DNA from: an uncultured Gemmatimonadota bacterium
Lineage (GTDB): Bacteria > Gemmatimonadota > Gemmatimonadetes > Palauibacterales > KS3-K002
Assembly: GCA_964347085.1 (NCBI GenBank)
Contig: CAYFXF010000005.1
Location: 1-46,355, forward strand
Reading direction: 5' to 3'
DNA length: 46,355 nt
Under the pieces are notes generated by a model that had not been told where the DNA came from, did no database searches, and worked only from the letters and a program-made list of their open reading frames with translations. Below are positions 38,080 to 45,842 of the stretch, piece after piece (position 1 is the first letter of the stretch; every line of letters begins with the position of its first letter). A program made the translations under genes and the position numbers.

Positions 38080-39021
38080 GTGTTCAGAGAGCGGGAAGTG
38101 GACCCTAAGCCGTACGTCTTCGTAATCCACAACCCGGCGGCGGGGATGCGCAGGCCCGGGCGGGTACGGCGTCGAATCGAATCGACGCTGTCGTCCCGCG
38201 GAATTCCCTTCGACTACGCCTACACCGAGGAACCGGGACACGGCTCGGAACTTGTGGCAGGGGCGCTGGCGCGAGGCTTCCAGCGCATCTTGGTTGCGGG
38301 CGGCGACGGGACCGTGCGTGAAGCGGTCGCGGCGCTGGCGGGGAAGGACGCCGCGCTGGCGCTCATCCCGGTGGGCACGGGAAACCAGCTCGCCGCTAAC
38401 CTCGGGGTTCCCAAACGGTTCAGCCACTCGCTGCACGTGGCGCTCAGCGGCGGTCTGCGCCGAATCGACCTGGGTCTGGTGGATGGGCGTCCGTTCACGT
38501 CCATCGCCGGGGCGGGCTTCGACGCGGAGGTCGTACGGCCGGGGTCGCGTTTGAAACGCCGCGTGGGGTTTCTGGCCTACGTGCATTCCGCGGCCCGCGC
38601 GGTGCTCGCGCCGCGGCCGGTCGAGCTTAGAGTCGAGGTCGACGGGACGGTGATGCAGGGACGTGGAATCGGTGTGGAAGTCACCAACATGCCCGGACTC
38701 ACCGCGCCCGGCTTGCGTCGCCCTGTGCCGATCGTGCCAGCGGGGAAGATGGATGACGGGCAGCTCGACGGCTGTCTGGTGGCGGCGGAGACCACACTCG
38801 ATTGCCTGTCCGCTTTGGGCTCGATCTTGCGACGAAAGTACGGTCGAGATCGAAGGCTTCGGTACTTCAGCGGCCGTAGCATAGCCGTGCACGCCGATCC
38901 GCCGCTCCGAGTGCAGGCCGACGGCGAGCTGCTGGGTCTGACCCCCTTCACGATCCGTGTCTGGCCACAGGCGCTCAGCGTTATGGTTCCGGCCGCTATG
39001 GCGGCGACAAACAATGCCTGA
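38080..39021 (+). CDS. Diacylglycerol/lipid kinase family protein (YegS/BmrU-like)
   Basis: [25 protein letters not shown], and a length of 313 aa. Confidence 0.85.
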   Translation: MFREREVDPKPYVFVIHNPAAGMRRPGRVRRRIESTLSSRGIPFDYAYTEEPGHGSELVAGALARGFQRILVAGGDGTVREAVAALAGKDAALALIPVGTGNQLAANLGVPKRFSHSLHVALSGGLRRIDLGLVDGRPFTSIAGAGFDAEVVRPGSRLKRRVGFLAYVHSAARAVLAPRPVELRVEVDGTVMQGRGIGVEVTNMPGLTAPGLRRPVPIVPAGKMDDGQLDGCLVAAETTLDCLSALGSILRRKYGRDRRLRYFSGRSIAVHADPPLRVQADGELLGLTPFTIRVWPQALSVMVPAAMAATNNA

Positions 39022-41854
39022 CGAGTTCCTGATCGTCCGCGGCGCCCGCGAGCACAACCTCAAGAATATCGACGTCCACCTGCCTCGGAACCGGTTGACC
39101 GTCATCACCGGCCTCTCCGGCTCGGGGAAATCGAGTCTGGCGTTCGATACGATCTTCGCCGAGGGACAGCGGCGCTACGTCGAATCGCTGTCGGCCTATG
39201 CGCGGCAGTTCCTGGGCTTGATGGAGAAGCCCAACGTCGACACGATCGAGGGGCTCTCACCTGCCATCTCGATCGAGCAGAAGACGGCGAGCCGAAACCC
39301 GCGCTCGACGGTCGGCACGATAACCGAGATCTACGACTATCTCCGTCTACTCTGGGCGCGCTGCGGCACCCCCCACTGTCCGTCTTGCGGTAAACCGGTC
39401 CGCCGGCAGACGCCCCAGCAGGTGGCCGAGGCCGTGCTCTCCTGGCCCGAGCGAACGCGTGTCGAGGTGACGGCGCCACTGGTCCGCGGCCGGAAGGGCG
39501 CATTTCGCGAACTGCTCGAGCGGGCGCGTAAGGACGGCTTCGTGCGGGTGCGGGTAGATGGGGCGACCTACGACCTCGACGACCCGCCGAAGCTGAACCG
39601 CCGGCTGAACCACGATATCGCTGTTATCGTCGACCGACTCATGGTGCGGCGGCAGGATCGAGCACGGCTCACCGACTCGGTCGAGATCGCATTTCGCACC
39701 GCGGACGGCGTGGTCCAAATCGAGCGCTATCTGGATGGGGACGAGGTCGAGAGCCATCTGTTCAGCGAGCGCTACGCTTGCCCCGACTGCGGCATCAATC
39801 TCCCCGAACTGGAACCCCGCCAGTTCTCCTTCAACTCGCCGTACGGCGCCTGCTCCGCCTGCGGCGGCCTCGGGGCTCGCAAGGTGGTCAACCCCGACCT
39901 CATGCTTGCCGATGGCCGGTTGTCGCTGCTGGAGGGCGTGCTGGTGCCTTGGGGCTCGCCCGTCGGGTACCTGCGCAAGCGGGTCATCGAGCCGCTGGCA
40001 CGCAAGTATGGCCTGCATCCCAACACGGCCTGGGATGGGCTGCCCGAGACGATGCAGCAGGAAGTCCTCTTCGGCAGCGAGGACCTCGATTGGGAAGGCG
40101 CGGTGTCGCGTTTGGAGCGCCGTTATCACGAGACGGCGAGTGAGAAGCTGCGGGCGCGGCTGACCGAGTTCATGTCCGATGCGGTTTGCGGCGACTGCAA
40201 GGGTAGCCGACTGCGAGCGGAGGCTCTGGCGGTCAGCTTCGCGGGTAAGTCGATCGGTGAAGTGGTAGGATTGACCGCTGACCGGGCGCGCGAGTTCTTC
40301 GAGTCTGTCAGGCCGTCAGGCGACGGTCATGGGTCTCCGGCGGTCAATGCCGTGGCCGATCCGATACTCAAGCAGATCCGAGAACGCCTGCGTTTCTTGG
40401 CCGACGTCGGTGTCGGCTACCTATCGCTCGGTCGCAGCGCCGAAACCCTCGCCGGCGGCGAGGCCCAGCGCATACGGCTGGCGACGCAAATCGGCTCCCG
40501 GCTCGTGGGCGTGCTCTACATCCTGGATGAGCCGTCGATCGGACTCCACCAGCGCGACAACGGGCGACTGCTCGAGACCCTCGAAGCGCTGCGCGACCTT
40601 GGCAATACCGTAATTGTGGTCGAGCACGATGAGGCCACGATACGGCGGGCGGACCACATCCTCGATCTGGGTCCCGGCGCGGGGCGGCGTGGTGGCGAAG
40701 TCGTGGTGGAAGGCAGTCTCGATGAGGTGCTCGGCACTCGCGAGTCCCTAACCGGCGCCTACCTGCGCGGTGAGCGGAGAATCGACGTCCCCGCGGCCCG
40801 GCGTAGCGGTTCCGGCACGAGTCTTCGTATCCGTGGCGCTCGCCAGTACAACCTCAAGACCGTTGATGTGGAGTTCCCGCTCGGCCGCTTCATCTGTGTC
40901 ACCGGTGTTTCAGGCTCGGGAAAGTCCACATTGGTCGAGGAGATACTTTACCGCGAACTGGCGCGACGACTCTACCGCTCGCGAGTCGTCCCGGGCATGC
41001 ACGACGCCATCGAAGGGCTGAACCAGATCGACAAAGTGATCGACGTCGATCAATCGCCGATCGGTCGGACACCCCGCTCCAACCCCGCCACTTACACGGG
41101 TGTCTTCACGCCCGTGCGGCAACTCTTTGCCCAGCTCCCGGAATCGCGTATCCGTGGCTACGCTCCCGGGCGCTTCAGCTTCAACGTGAAGGGCGGGCGC
41201 TGCGAAGCCTGCCGCGGGGACGGTCTGCTCAAGATCGAGATACATTTTCTGCCCGACGTCTACGTCCCCTGCGAGGTGTGTCGCGGCCGCCGCTACAACC
41301 GGGAGACGCTGGAGGTGTTCTACAAGGGCAAGAGCATCGCTGACGTGCTGGCCATGACGGTGGACGAAGCGCTGGAGTTCTTTCAGCCCATCCCCACGAT
41401 TCGGCGCAAGCTGCAGACGCTCAGCGATGTGGGTCTCGGCTACATCACGCTGGGTCAGAGTTCGACCACCCTCTCGGGTGGCGAGGCGCAGCGCGTCAAG
41501 CTAGCCACGGAACTCAGTAAGGTTCAGACGGGGAAAACCCTCTACATCCTGGACGAGCCGACTACGGGCTTGCACTTCGAAGACATTCGCTTGCTTCTGC
41601 ATGTCTTGCACCGTCTAGTCGAGCGTGGCAATACGGTCGTGGTGATCGAGCACCAGCTCGACGTGATCAAGACGGCCGATTGGATCATCGATCTCGGGCC
41701 CGAAGGCGGCGATCGAGGCGGGGAAGTCGTCGCGGCCGGCACACCCGAACAGGTTGCCGCCAACACGGCGAGCCTGACGGGAGAGTTCCTGCGCCCGTTG
41801 CTGAATCGGCGAGGCAAGAGAGAAAAGAGAGGACGGGAGGCGCAAAGTGTCTGA
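39014..41854 (+). CDS. uvrA: Excinuclease ABC subunit A
   Basis: [47 protein letters not shown], two ABC modules, and zinc-finger CxxC pairs. ATG 39014 overlaps the end of the kinase gene by 8 nt. Confidence 0.97.
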   Translation: MPDEFLIVRGAREHNLKNIDVHLPRNRLTVITGLSGSGKSSLAFDTIFAEGQRRYVESLSAYARQFLGLMEKPNVDTIEGLSPAISIEQKTASRNPRSTVGTITEIYDYLRLLWARCGTPHCPSCGKPVRRQTPQQVAEAVLSWPERTRVEVTAPLVRGRKGAFRELLERARKDGFVRVRVDGATYDLDDPPKLNRRLNHDIAVIVDRLMVRRQDRARLTDSVEIAFRTADGVVQIERYLDGDEVESHLFSERYACPDCGINLPELEPRQFSFNSPYGACSACGGLGARKVVNPDLMLADGRLSLLEGVLVPWGSPVGYLRKRVIEPLARKYGLHPNTAWDGLPETMQQEVLFGSEDLDWEGAVSRLERRYHETASEKLRARLTEFMSDAVCGDCKGSRLRAEALAVSFAGKSIGEVVGLTADRAREFFESVRPSGDGHGSPAVNAVADPILKQIRERLRFLADVGVGYLSLGRSAETLAGGEAQRIRLATQIGSRLVGVLYILDEPSIGLHQRDNGRLLETLEALRDLGNTVIVVEHDEATIRRADHILDLGPGAGRRGGEVVVEGSLDEVLGTRESLTGAYLRGERRIDVPAARRSGSGTSLRIRGARQYNLKTVDVEFPLGRFICVTGVSGSGKSTLVEEILYRELARRLYRSRVVPGMHDAIEGLNQIDKVIDVDQSPIGRTPRSNPATYTGVFTPVRQLFAQLPESRIRGYAPGRFSFNVKGGRCEACRGDGLLKIEIHFLPDVYVPCEVCRGRRYNRETLEVFYKGKSIADVLAMTVDEALEFFQPIPTIRRKLQTLSDVGLGYITLGQSSTTLSGGEAQRVKLATELSKVQTGKTLYILDEPTTGLHFEDIRLLLHVLHRLVERGNTVVVIEHQLDVIKTADWIIDLGPEGGDRGGEVVAAGTPEQVAANTASLTGEFLRPLLNRRGKREKRGREAQSV

Positions 41855-42611
41855 TGTGGATTCGCATGCGGAGCGTGATCTGAATCTGGCGGGCCGGGCC
41901 TGGCTGGCTCTAGGGATCGGCCCCCAGCGGGAGCCGCCGCGCCTGCACCGCCTGGAGGTGCCGCTGGCGGAGGCGCGGCTGGCGCTGGTGACCACGGGCG
42001 GCTTCGTGCCAGCGGGCGGCGAGCCGTTCAGGGCGGGCAAGTTTGGCGATCCCAGCTTCCGGGAGATCCCGACCGATCAGGACCCGGAGTCGCTCGAGAT
42101 CTTTCACACGCATTACGACCACGCTCACGTCAGGCGCGATATAAACGTTCTCTTCCCGATCGAGCTCTGTAGAGAATTGGCCGCACAGGGCGTCATCGGG
42201 GACCTTGCCGCGACCCACTACTCCTTTATGGGCTACATCCCAGTCACCCGTCGCTTAGAACGCCACTACGCTCCCCAGGTTGCCGGACAACTCGAACAGC
42301 AGCAGGTCAACGCCGTGCTGCTCACCCCTGCGTGACCCACTTGCAACCGGACCGTAGGTCTGGTCGCGCGTGAGATCGAGAGGCACGAGATGTCGACGGT
42401 TTGCATCATGAACCTGCGGAAGGTGGCGGAACGCATACGCGCCCCACGCACTTTGCTGCTGGATCGACCAATGGGTGCATTGATCGGCGAGCCGGGCGAT
42501 CGTGCTGGGCAGCGATCCGTGGTGCTGGCGGCACTTCAACTCTTGACACGCTCCGCTGTCGAGCCTGGTGAGATCAGCGAGTACACAACTTTGGGCACTG
42601 CAGGTCCGTGA
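41847..42611 (+). CDS. GrdB/PrdB-family (selenoprotein B-like) reductase; predicted selenoprotein with in-frame TGA (Sec) at 42333-42335
   Basis: ORFs 41847-42335 and 42390-42611 share one frame and are separated only by TGA 42333. The joined sequence reads ...[27 protein letters not shown]..., matching from memory the GrdB active site LT..U..C.R.G....KEIE. Upstream family signatures are present ([47 protein letters not shown]). GTG 41847 follows GGGAGG and overlaps the uvrA stop. Confidence 0.7.
42343..42367 (+). promoter_or_regulatory. Candidate bacterial SECIS stem-loop downstream of UGA 42333
   Basis: GC-A-ACCGGACC-GUA-GGUCUGGU-C-GC: an 8-bp stem with one G-U pair, plus 2 outer bp across an A/C mismatch. 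It begins 8 nt after the UGA. The apex lies about 20 nt downstream and contains G/U. Confidence 0.45.
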
Positions 42612-42633
42612 GCCTCGGGGCCGGAGGAGAGAG

Positions 42634-43149
42634 ATGACCCCATTCACGTCGTTGCTCGAGGAGACGCTGGAGGCGTGGTCGGATGTGCGGAGCGGCTTGA
42701 TCGAAGAGGTGGAAAATATCCCCGAAGACCGCTTTGACTTCCGGCCGACGCCCGAACTTCGAAGCGTGACCGAGCTCCTACAACACATACTCGAGGTCGC
42801 CCTGCTGATGACGGGCGAGCTGACCCGCCCGGACACGGATTTTCATCGCGCGGAGTGGTCGGAGCTGCTGGATGAGTACGCATCCCACACACGGGACGCA
42901 CGTAGCAAAGCGGAGCTGCTCGACTTGCTCGCAGGCTCGTTCGCGGAGGCGGAGCATTCGTTCGCGATGGTTGGCGAAATCCACATGCTGCAATTCATCA
43001 CACGCTTCGATGGGGAGCTGGGAACCCGCCTCGCCTGGCTGAATCATGGGATCGCGCAAGAGATGTATCATCGGGGCCAGCTCGTCTTGTACGAGCGCTT
43101 GATGGGCATCGAGCCTGCACTGACACGAAAGATCCGTGGGGGATCCTGA
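42634..43149 (+). CDS. DinB-family (DinB/YfiT-like four-helix bundle) protein
   Basis: Pattern of conserved His residues (LLQHILEV ... WLNHGIAQEMYHRGQL) and a length of about 170 aa. ATG 42634 is preceded by GGAGGAGAGAG. Confidence 0.75.
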   Translation: MTPFTSLLEETLEAWSDVRSGLIEEVENIPEDRFDFRPTPELRSVTELLQHILEVALLMTGELTRPDTDFHRAEWSELLDEYASHTRDARSKAELLDLLAGSFAEAEHSFAMVGEIHMLQFITRFDGELGTRLAWLNHGIAQEMYHRGQLVLYERLMGIEPALTRKIRGGS

Positions 43150-43158
43150 GAGAGGGCG

Positions 43159-43476
43159 ATGAGCGGAGACGACCTTCAGTTCACGGTTCTTGAGCGGTTA
43201 CTGCTCGAACGGAGCACGGATCTGGCCGCTACACGGCGTCGCCTTCAGCTCGTCGTGGCGAGCGGTTTGCTGCTACTGGTGGCCCTGGTCGTCGCCTCTG
43301 CGCTGGTCCGTTCCTGGGAGCTCCTACTCTTGTTTGCCGTGGTCTACGTGTTGGCAACGACCTGGGAGCGGGTGGGCTACGCGCGGACCATCCTGGTCTA
43401 CAAGGGCCTGATCCAGAAGTTGGCCGGCCGCCTCGACGTCCTCGAGCCGGCAGACGACCCGCCCAGCTTCTCTTGA
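43159..43476 (+). CDS. Hypothetical small membrane protein (two predicted TM helices)
   Basis: GC3-rich ORF with SD-like GAGAGGG 5 nt upstream. Hydrophobic segments LVVASGLLLLVALVVASALV and LLLLFAVVYVLATTW. I recognise no family. Confidence 0.5.
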   Translation: MSGDDLQFTVLERLLLERSTDLAATRRRLQLVVASGLLLLVALVVASALVRSWELLLLFAVVYVLATTWERVGYARTILVYKGLIQKLAGRLDVLEPADDPPSFS

Positions 43477-43574
43477 CAGGGTCCACCGGCCCCCCATAGG
43501 TTAGCGACCCTTTTCGACGAAGACTCAGAGAATCGATCGCTGGACGTGGGGCCCGGGTTCGGGAAACTGCCGGT

Positions 43575-43603
43575 GGGCAGGGGGGGCAGGGGGGGCGCAG
43601 GGG
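43575..43603 (+). repeat. G-run cluster (GGG-CA-G7-CA-G7-CGCA-GGGG), potential G-quadruplex
   Basis: Read directly from the sequence: four G-tracts of 3 or more within 29 nt on the + strand, in an intergenic region. It includes a tandem GCAGGGGGG unit. Confidence 0.5.
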
Positions 43604-43630
43604 CACGGCCCGCCGCCTGGGACTGCGGGC

Positions 43631-43816
43631 GTGGAAACGATGCGAAGTAAGGCACACCACGAAATTATCGGCCCGGAGGGGCCCGGCCGCGCCGCGGCCG
43701 AGGATGCCGACAGCCGCTGGGCCGCCCGGGCTGGGATCTTCGGGGCGTACACCTTACTTCTCGCCTGGGGTGCGGCCTACCTGGTCCTCTTCTTCCTCGA
43801 CCGACTCCCGTTCTAG
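43631..43816 (+). CDS. Hypothetical small membrane protein (one C-terminal TM helix)
   Basis: 61-aa ORF (GTG 43631 or ATG 43640) with mostly G/C third positions. TM segment GIFGAYTLLLAWGAAYLVLFFL. No family recognised. It may not be a real gene. Confidence 0.35.
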   Translation: METMRSKAHHEIIGPEGPGRAAAEDADSRWAARAGIFGAYTLLLAWGAAYLVLFFLDRLPF

Positions 43817-43849
43817 TCTGGCTTCCCACATGATCTTGCAGGAGGAGTC

Positions 43850-44431
43850 TTGAACGCGGTCTGGATCGTCGTGCTGCTCATCGCCGTGATCGTGGTCGCT
43901 GCGTTCGTGCTCAGGCGCCGGCGTCCCCCGCCAGGGAGGGAGCTGCCGGCGGCTGGTGAGGCTGAGGCGCCGCGGCCGGAGGCTCGGCCGATCCGAGAGG
44001 CGCGGGAGCTGGTCGCGGAGGCGGCAGCTCCGGCGGCCGAGTCCGTCGTCAAAGGCGCCGCTCCTCCGGTGGAAGCCCCGGCCGGGGCGGAGAAGCCAGC
44101 CCTTTCTCGGGAGCCTGGCGGGGTCGAGTCGGCGGTCGCCGGCCCAGCTCCGCCGAAGCCGCTGGTGTCGGACGAGGAGCTTCAGGAGGGGGTGGAGACA
44201 CGGCTCGCGGACTCGGAGCGAATGCTGGCCGAGCTCAGGCAAGTGACTGCGCGCGCGGGCGACGAACTTCTGGCGAATGTCGGCTCGGTAGAGATCATGG
44301 AGGAAGGACTGCAGGAGGTACGAGTTCTCGCCGAGCGCAAGCAGTGGGGCCAGGCCAAGAACAAGGGCGAGGCTCTCCACGCGCAGCTTTCGCTGCTTCT
44401 GCAGAGCGCCCGCCGGGAAGCAGCTTCCTGA
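43850..44431 (+). CDS. Hypothetical membrane-anchored protein with Pro/Ala/Glu-rich linker and helical C-terminal domain
   Basis: TTG start 4 nt after AGGAGG. N-terminal TM (VWIVVLLIAVIVVAAFVL) followed by RRRR, a low-complexity linker, and an amphipathic C-terminus. Confidence 0.5.
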   Translation: MNAVWIVVLLIAVIVVAAFVLRRRRPPPGRELPAAGEAEAPRPEARPIREARELVAEAAAPAAESVVKGAAPPVEAPAGAEKPALSREPGGVESAVAGPAPPKPLVSDEELQEGVETRLADSERMLAELRQVTARAGDELLANVGSVEIMEEGLQEVRVLAERKQWGQAKNKGEALHAQLSLLLQSARREAAS

Positions 44432-44514
44432 TCTAGCCGATCAAGCGGACCGCGCCGGTGTTTGCCGGGAACGAGCGGACCGTTCGCGCCACTGCCGGCC
44501 CTCCTCGAGGCGTC

Positions 44515-44541
44515 GGAAACCCCTGGCCTTCTGGGGTCGTA
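44515..44541 (+). promoter_or_regulatory. ECF-type promoter candidate (GGAAAC-N17-CGTA) upstream of ybjN-pspA
   Basis: GGAAAC at 44515-44520, a 17-nt spacer, CGTA at 44538-44541. It lies 100 nt upstream of ATG 44642. Confidence 0.35.
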
Positions 44542-44641
44542 GTTGCTATTGATGTCGACGCTCTTGTCGGAGCCCAAGCAGCTTAGTCTCGGGCTGGGTG
44601 AGGTCGGGGATTCTGACCGTTTGACATAGGCGGAGGCCGAG

Positions 44642-45031
44642 ATGGTCACGCGTGAGGACGTTGAAAATTTCTTGATCCGCATGGAGCTGCCTTATCAGGA
44701 GGTGGACGAGGGGCTCTGGGTGGTCGGCGATGGTCAGGAGGCCGCGACGGTGTTCGTCAGTCACGATCCGCCGCTGCTGCTCATGCGGGTCGAAGTGATG
44801 GATGCGCCGGACGACGAGGAGCTGCGGGGCGGTCTGTTTCGGGAACTTCTCGAGCTCAACGCGACCGATCTGTTGCACGGCGCGTATGGCTTGGACGAGA
44901 ACGAGATCGTGCTGACGGACAGTCTTCAGCTCGAGGACCTCGATTTCAGCGAATTTCAGGCGTCGCTTGAGAGCATCATATTGGCGCTGCGGTCACACTT
45001 CGAAATTCTGTCGCGTTACCGGACCCCTTAG
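44642..45031 (+). CDS. YbjN-domain (T3SS-chaperone-like fold) protein
   Basis: 129 aa. Pattern F.V......L.......D......LFRELLELNATDLLHGAYGLDENEIVLTDSLQLEDLD is typical of YbjN-like proteins. It sits immediately upstream of pspA. Confidence 0.7.
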   Translation: MVTREDVENFLIRMELPYQEVDEGLWVVGDGQEAATVFVSHDPPLLLMRVEVMDAPDDEELRGGLFRELLELNATDLLHGAYGLDENEIVLTDSLQLEDLDFSEFQASLESIILALRSHFEILSRYRTP

Positions 45032-45041
45032 AGAGAGAGCC

Positions 45042-45842
45042 ATGAGTATCTGGAGCAGACTGTCCACGATGGTGCGTTCAAACCTGAACGACCTCATCGC
45101 TCGGGCTGAGAACCCCGAGAAGATGCTCAACCAGATCATCGATGACATGCGCTCGCAATTGGCCCAGGCCAAGCAGGAGGTCGCGGTCGCCATCGCCGAC
45201 GAGCGCAAACTGCGCAGGCAGGTGCAGGACGAGCGCGACCAGGGCGGCGACTGGGAACGGCGGGCCAAGCTGGCGCTGCGAGAAGGTCGTGAGGACCTGG
45301 CACGTCAGGCTCTGCTGCGCAGCCAGGAACACGGCGCACACGCTGGGACCCTAGAGGAGCAGTGGCGTTCGCACGCCTCCGAGACCGAGAAACTGAAGGA
45401 CACGCTGCGACAGCTGAGTAGCAAGATCGAGGAGGCGAAGCGGAAGCGGAACCTTTTGATCGCACGGCAGAAGCGAGCTACGGCGCAGCGGCGTATCCAT
45501 GAGACGATGGCCGGCCTGGCCGAGCGCAGCTCGTTCGAGGCATTCGATCGAATGGCAGAGCGGATTGAGGATGCCGAAATGCGGGCGCTGGCCGCCGCCG
45601 AGGTCGATGAGGAGCTCGTCGGTGACGACCTCGAGCGGCAGTTCAAGCGTCTTGAGGGCGGCGATATCGATGTCGAGCGCAGGCTTGCCGCCTTGAAGGA
45701 GGAGATGGGGCTGCTGCCGGCCGGGGAGGAGGAGGCCGAGGCGGCAGGCGAAGTCAGAGAGGCGGAGATCATCGAGGACGAACCGATCGAGGAGGAAGCG
45801 GTCGAGGAGGAAGCGGTCGAGGAGGAGGACCGAGCTGGCTGA
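45042..45842 (+). CDS. pspA: PspA/IM30 family protein with acidic repeat tail
   Basis: MSIWSRLSTMVRSNLNDLIARAENPEKMLNQIIDDM N-terminus, coiled-coil body, and C-terminal EEAVEEEAVEEE. Confidence 0.9.
   Translation: MSIWSRLSTMVRSNLNDLIARAENPEKMLNQIIDDMRSQLAQAKQEVAVAIADERKLRRQVQDERDQGGDWERRAKLALREGREDLARQALLRSQEHGAHAGTLEEQWRSHASETEKLKDTLRQLSSKIEEAKRKRNLLIARQKRATAQRRIHETMAGLAERSSFEAFDRMAERIEDAEMRALAAAEVDEELVGDDLERQFKRLEGGDIDVERRLAALKEEMGLLPAGEEEAEAAGEVREAEIIEDEPIEEEAVEEEAVEEEDRAG

Noticed and set aside
41847-42335. Reading the GrdB-like gene as a truncated pseudogene, or as two separate small genes (162 aa plus 73 aa).
   Set aside because: The interruption is a single in-frame TGA, not a frameshift. 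Family-like sequence continues immediately after it in the same frame, the TGA falls at the known Sec position, and a hairpin follows. Selenocysteine recoding is the more economical explanation, although it depends on the genome encoding the Sec machinery.
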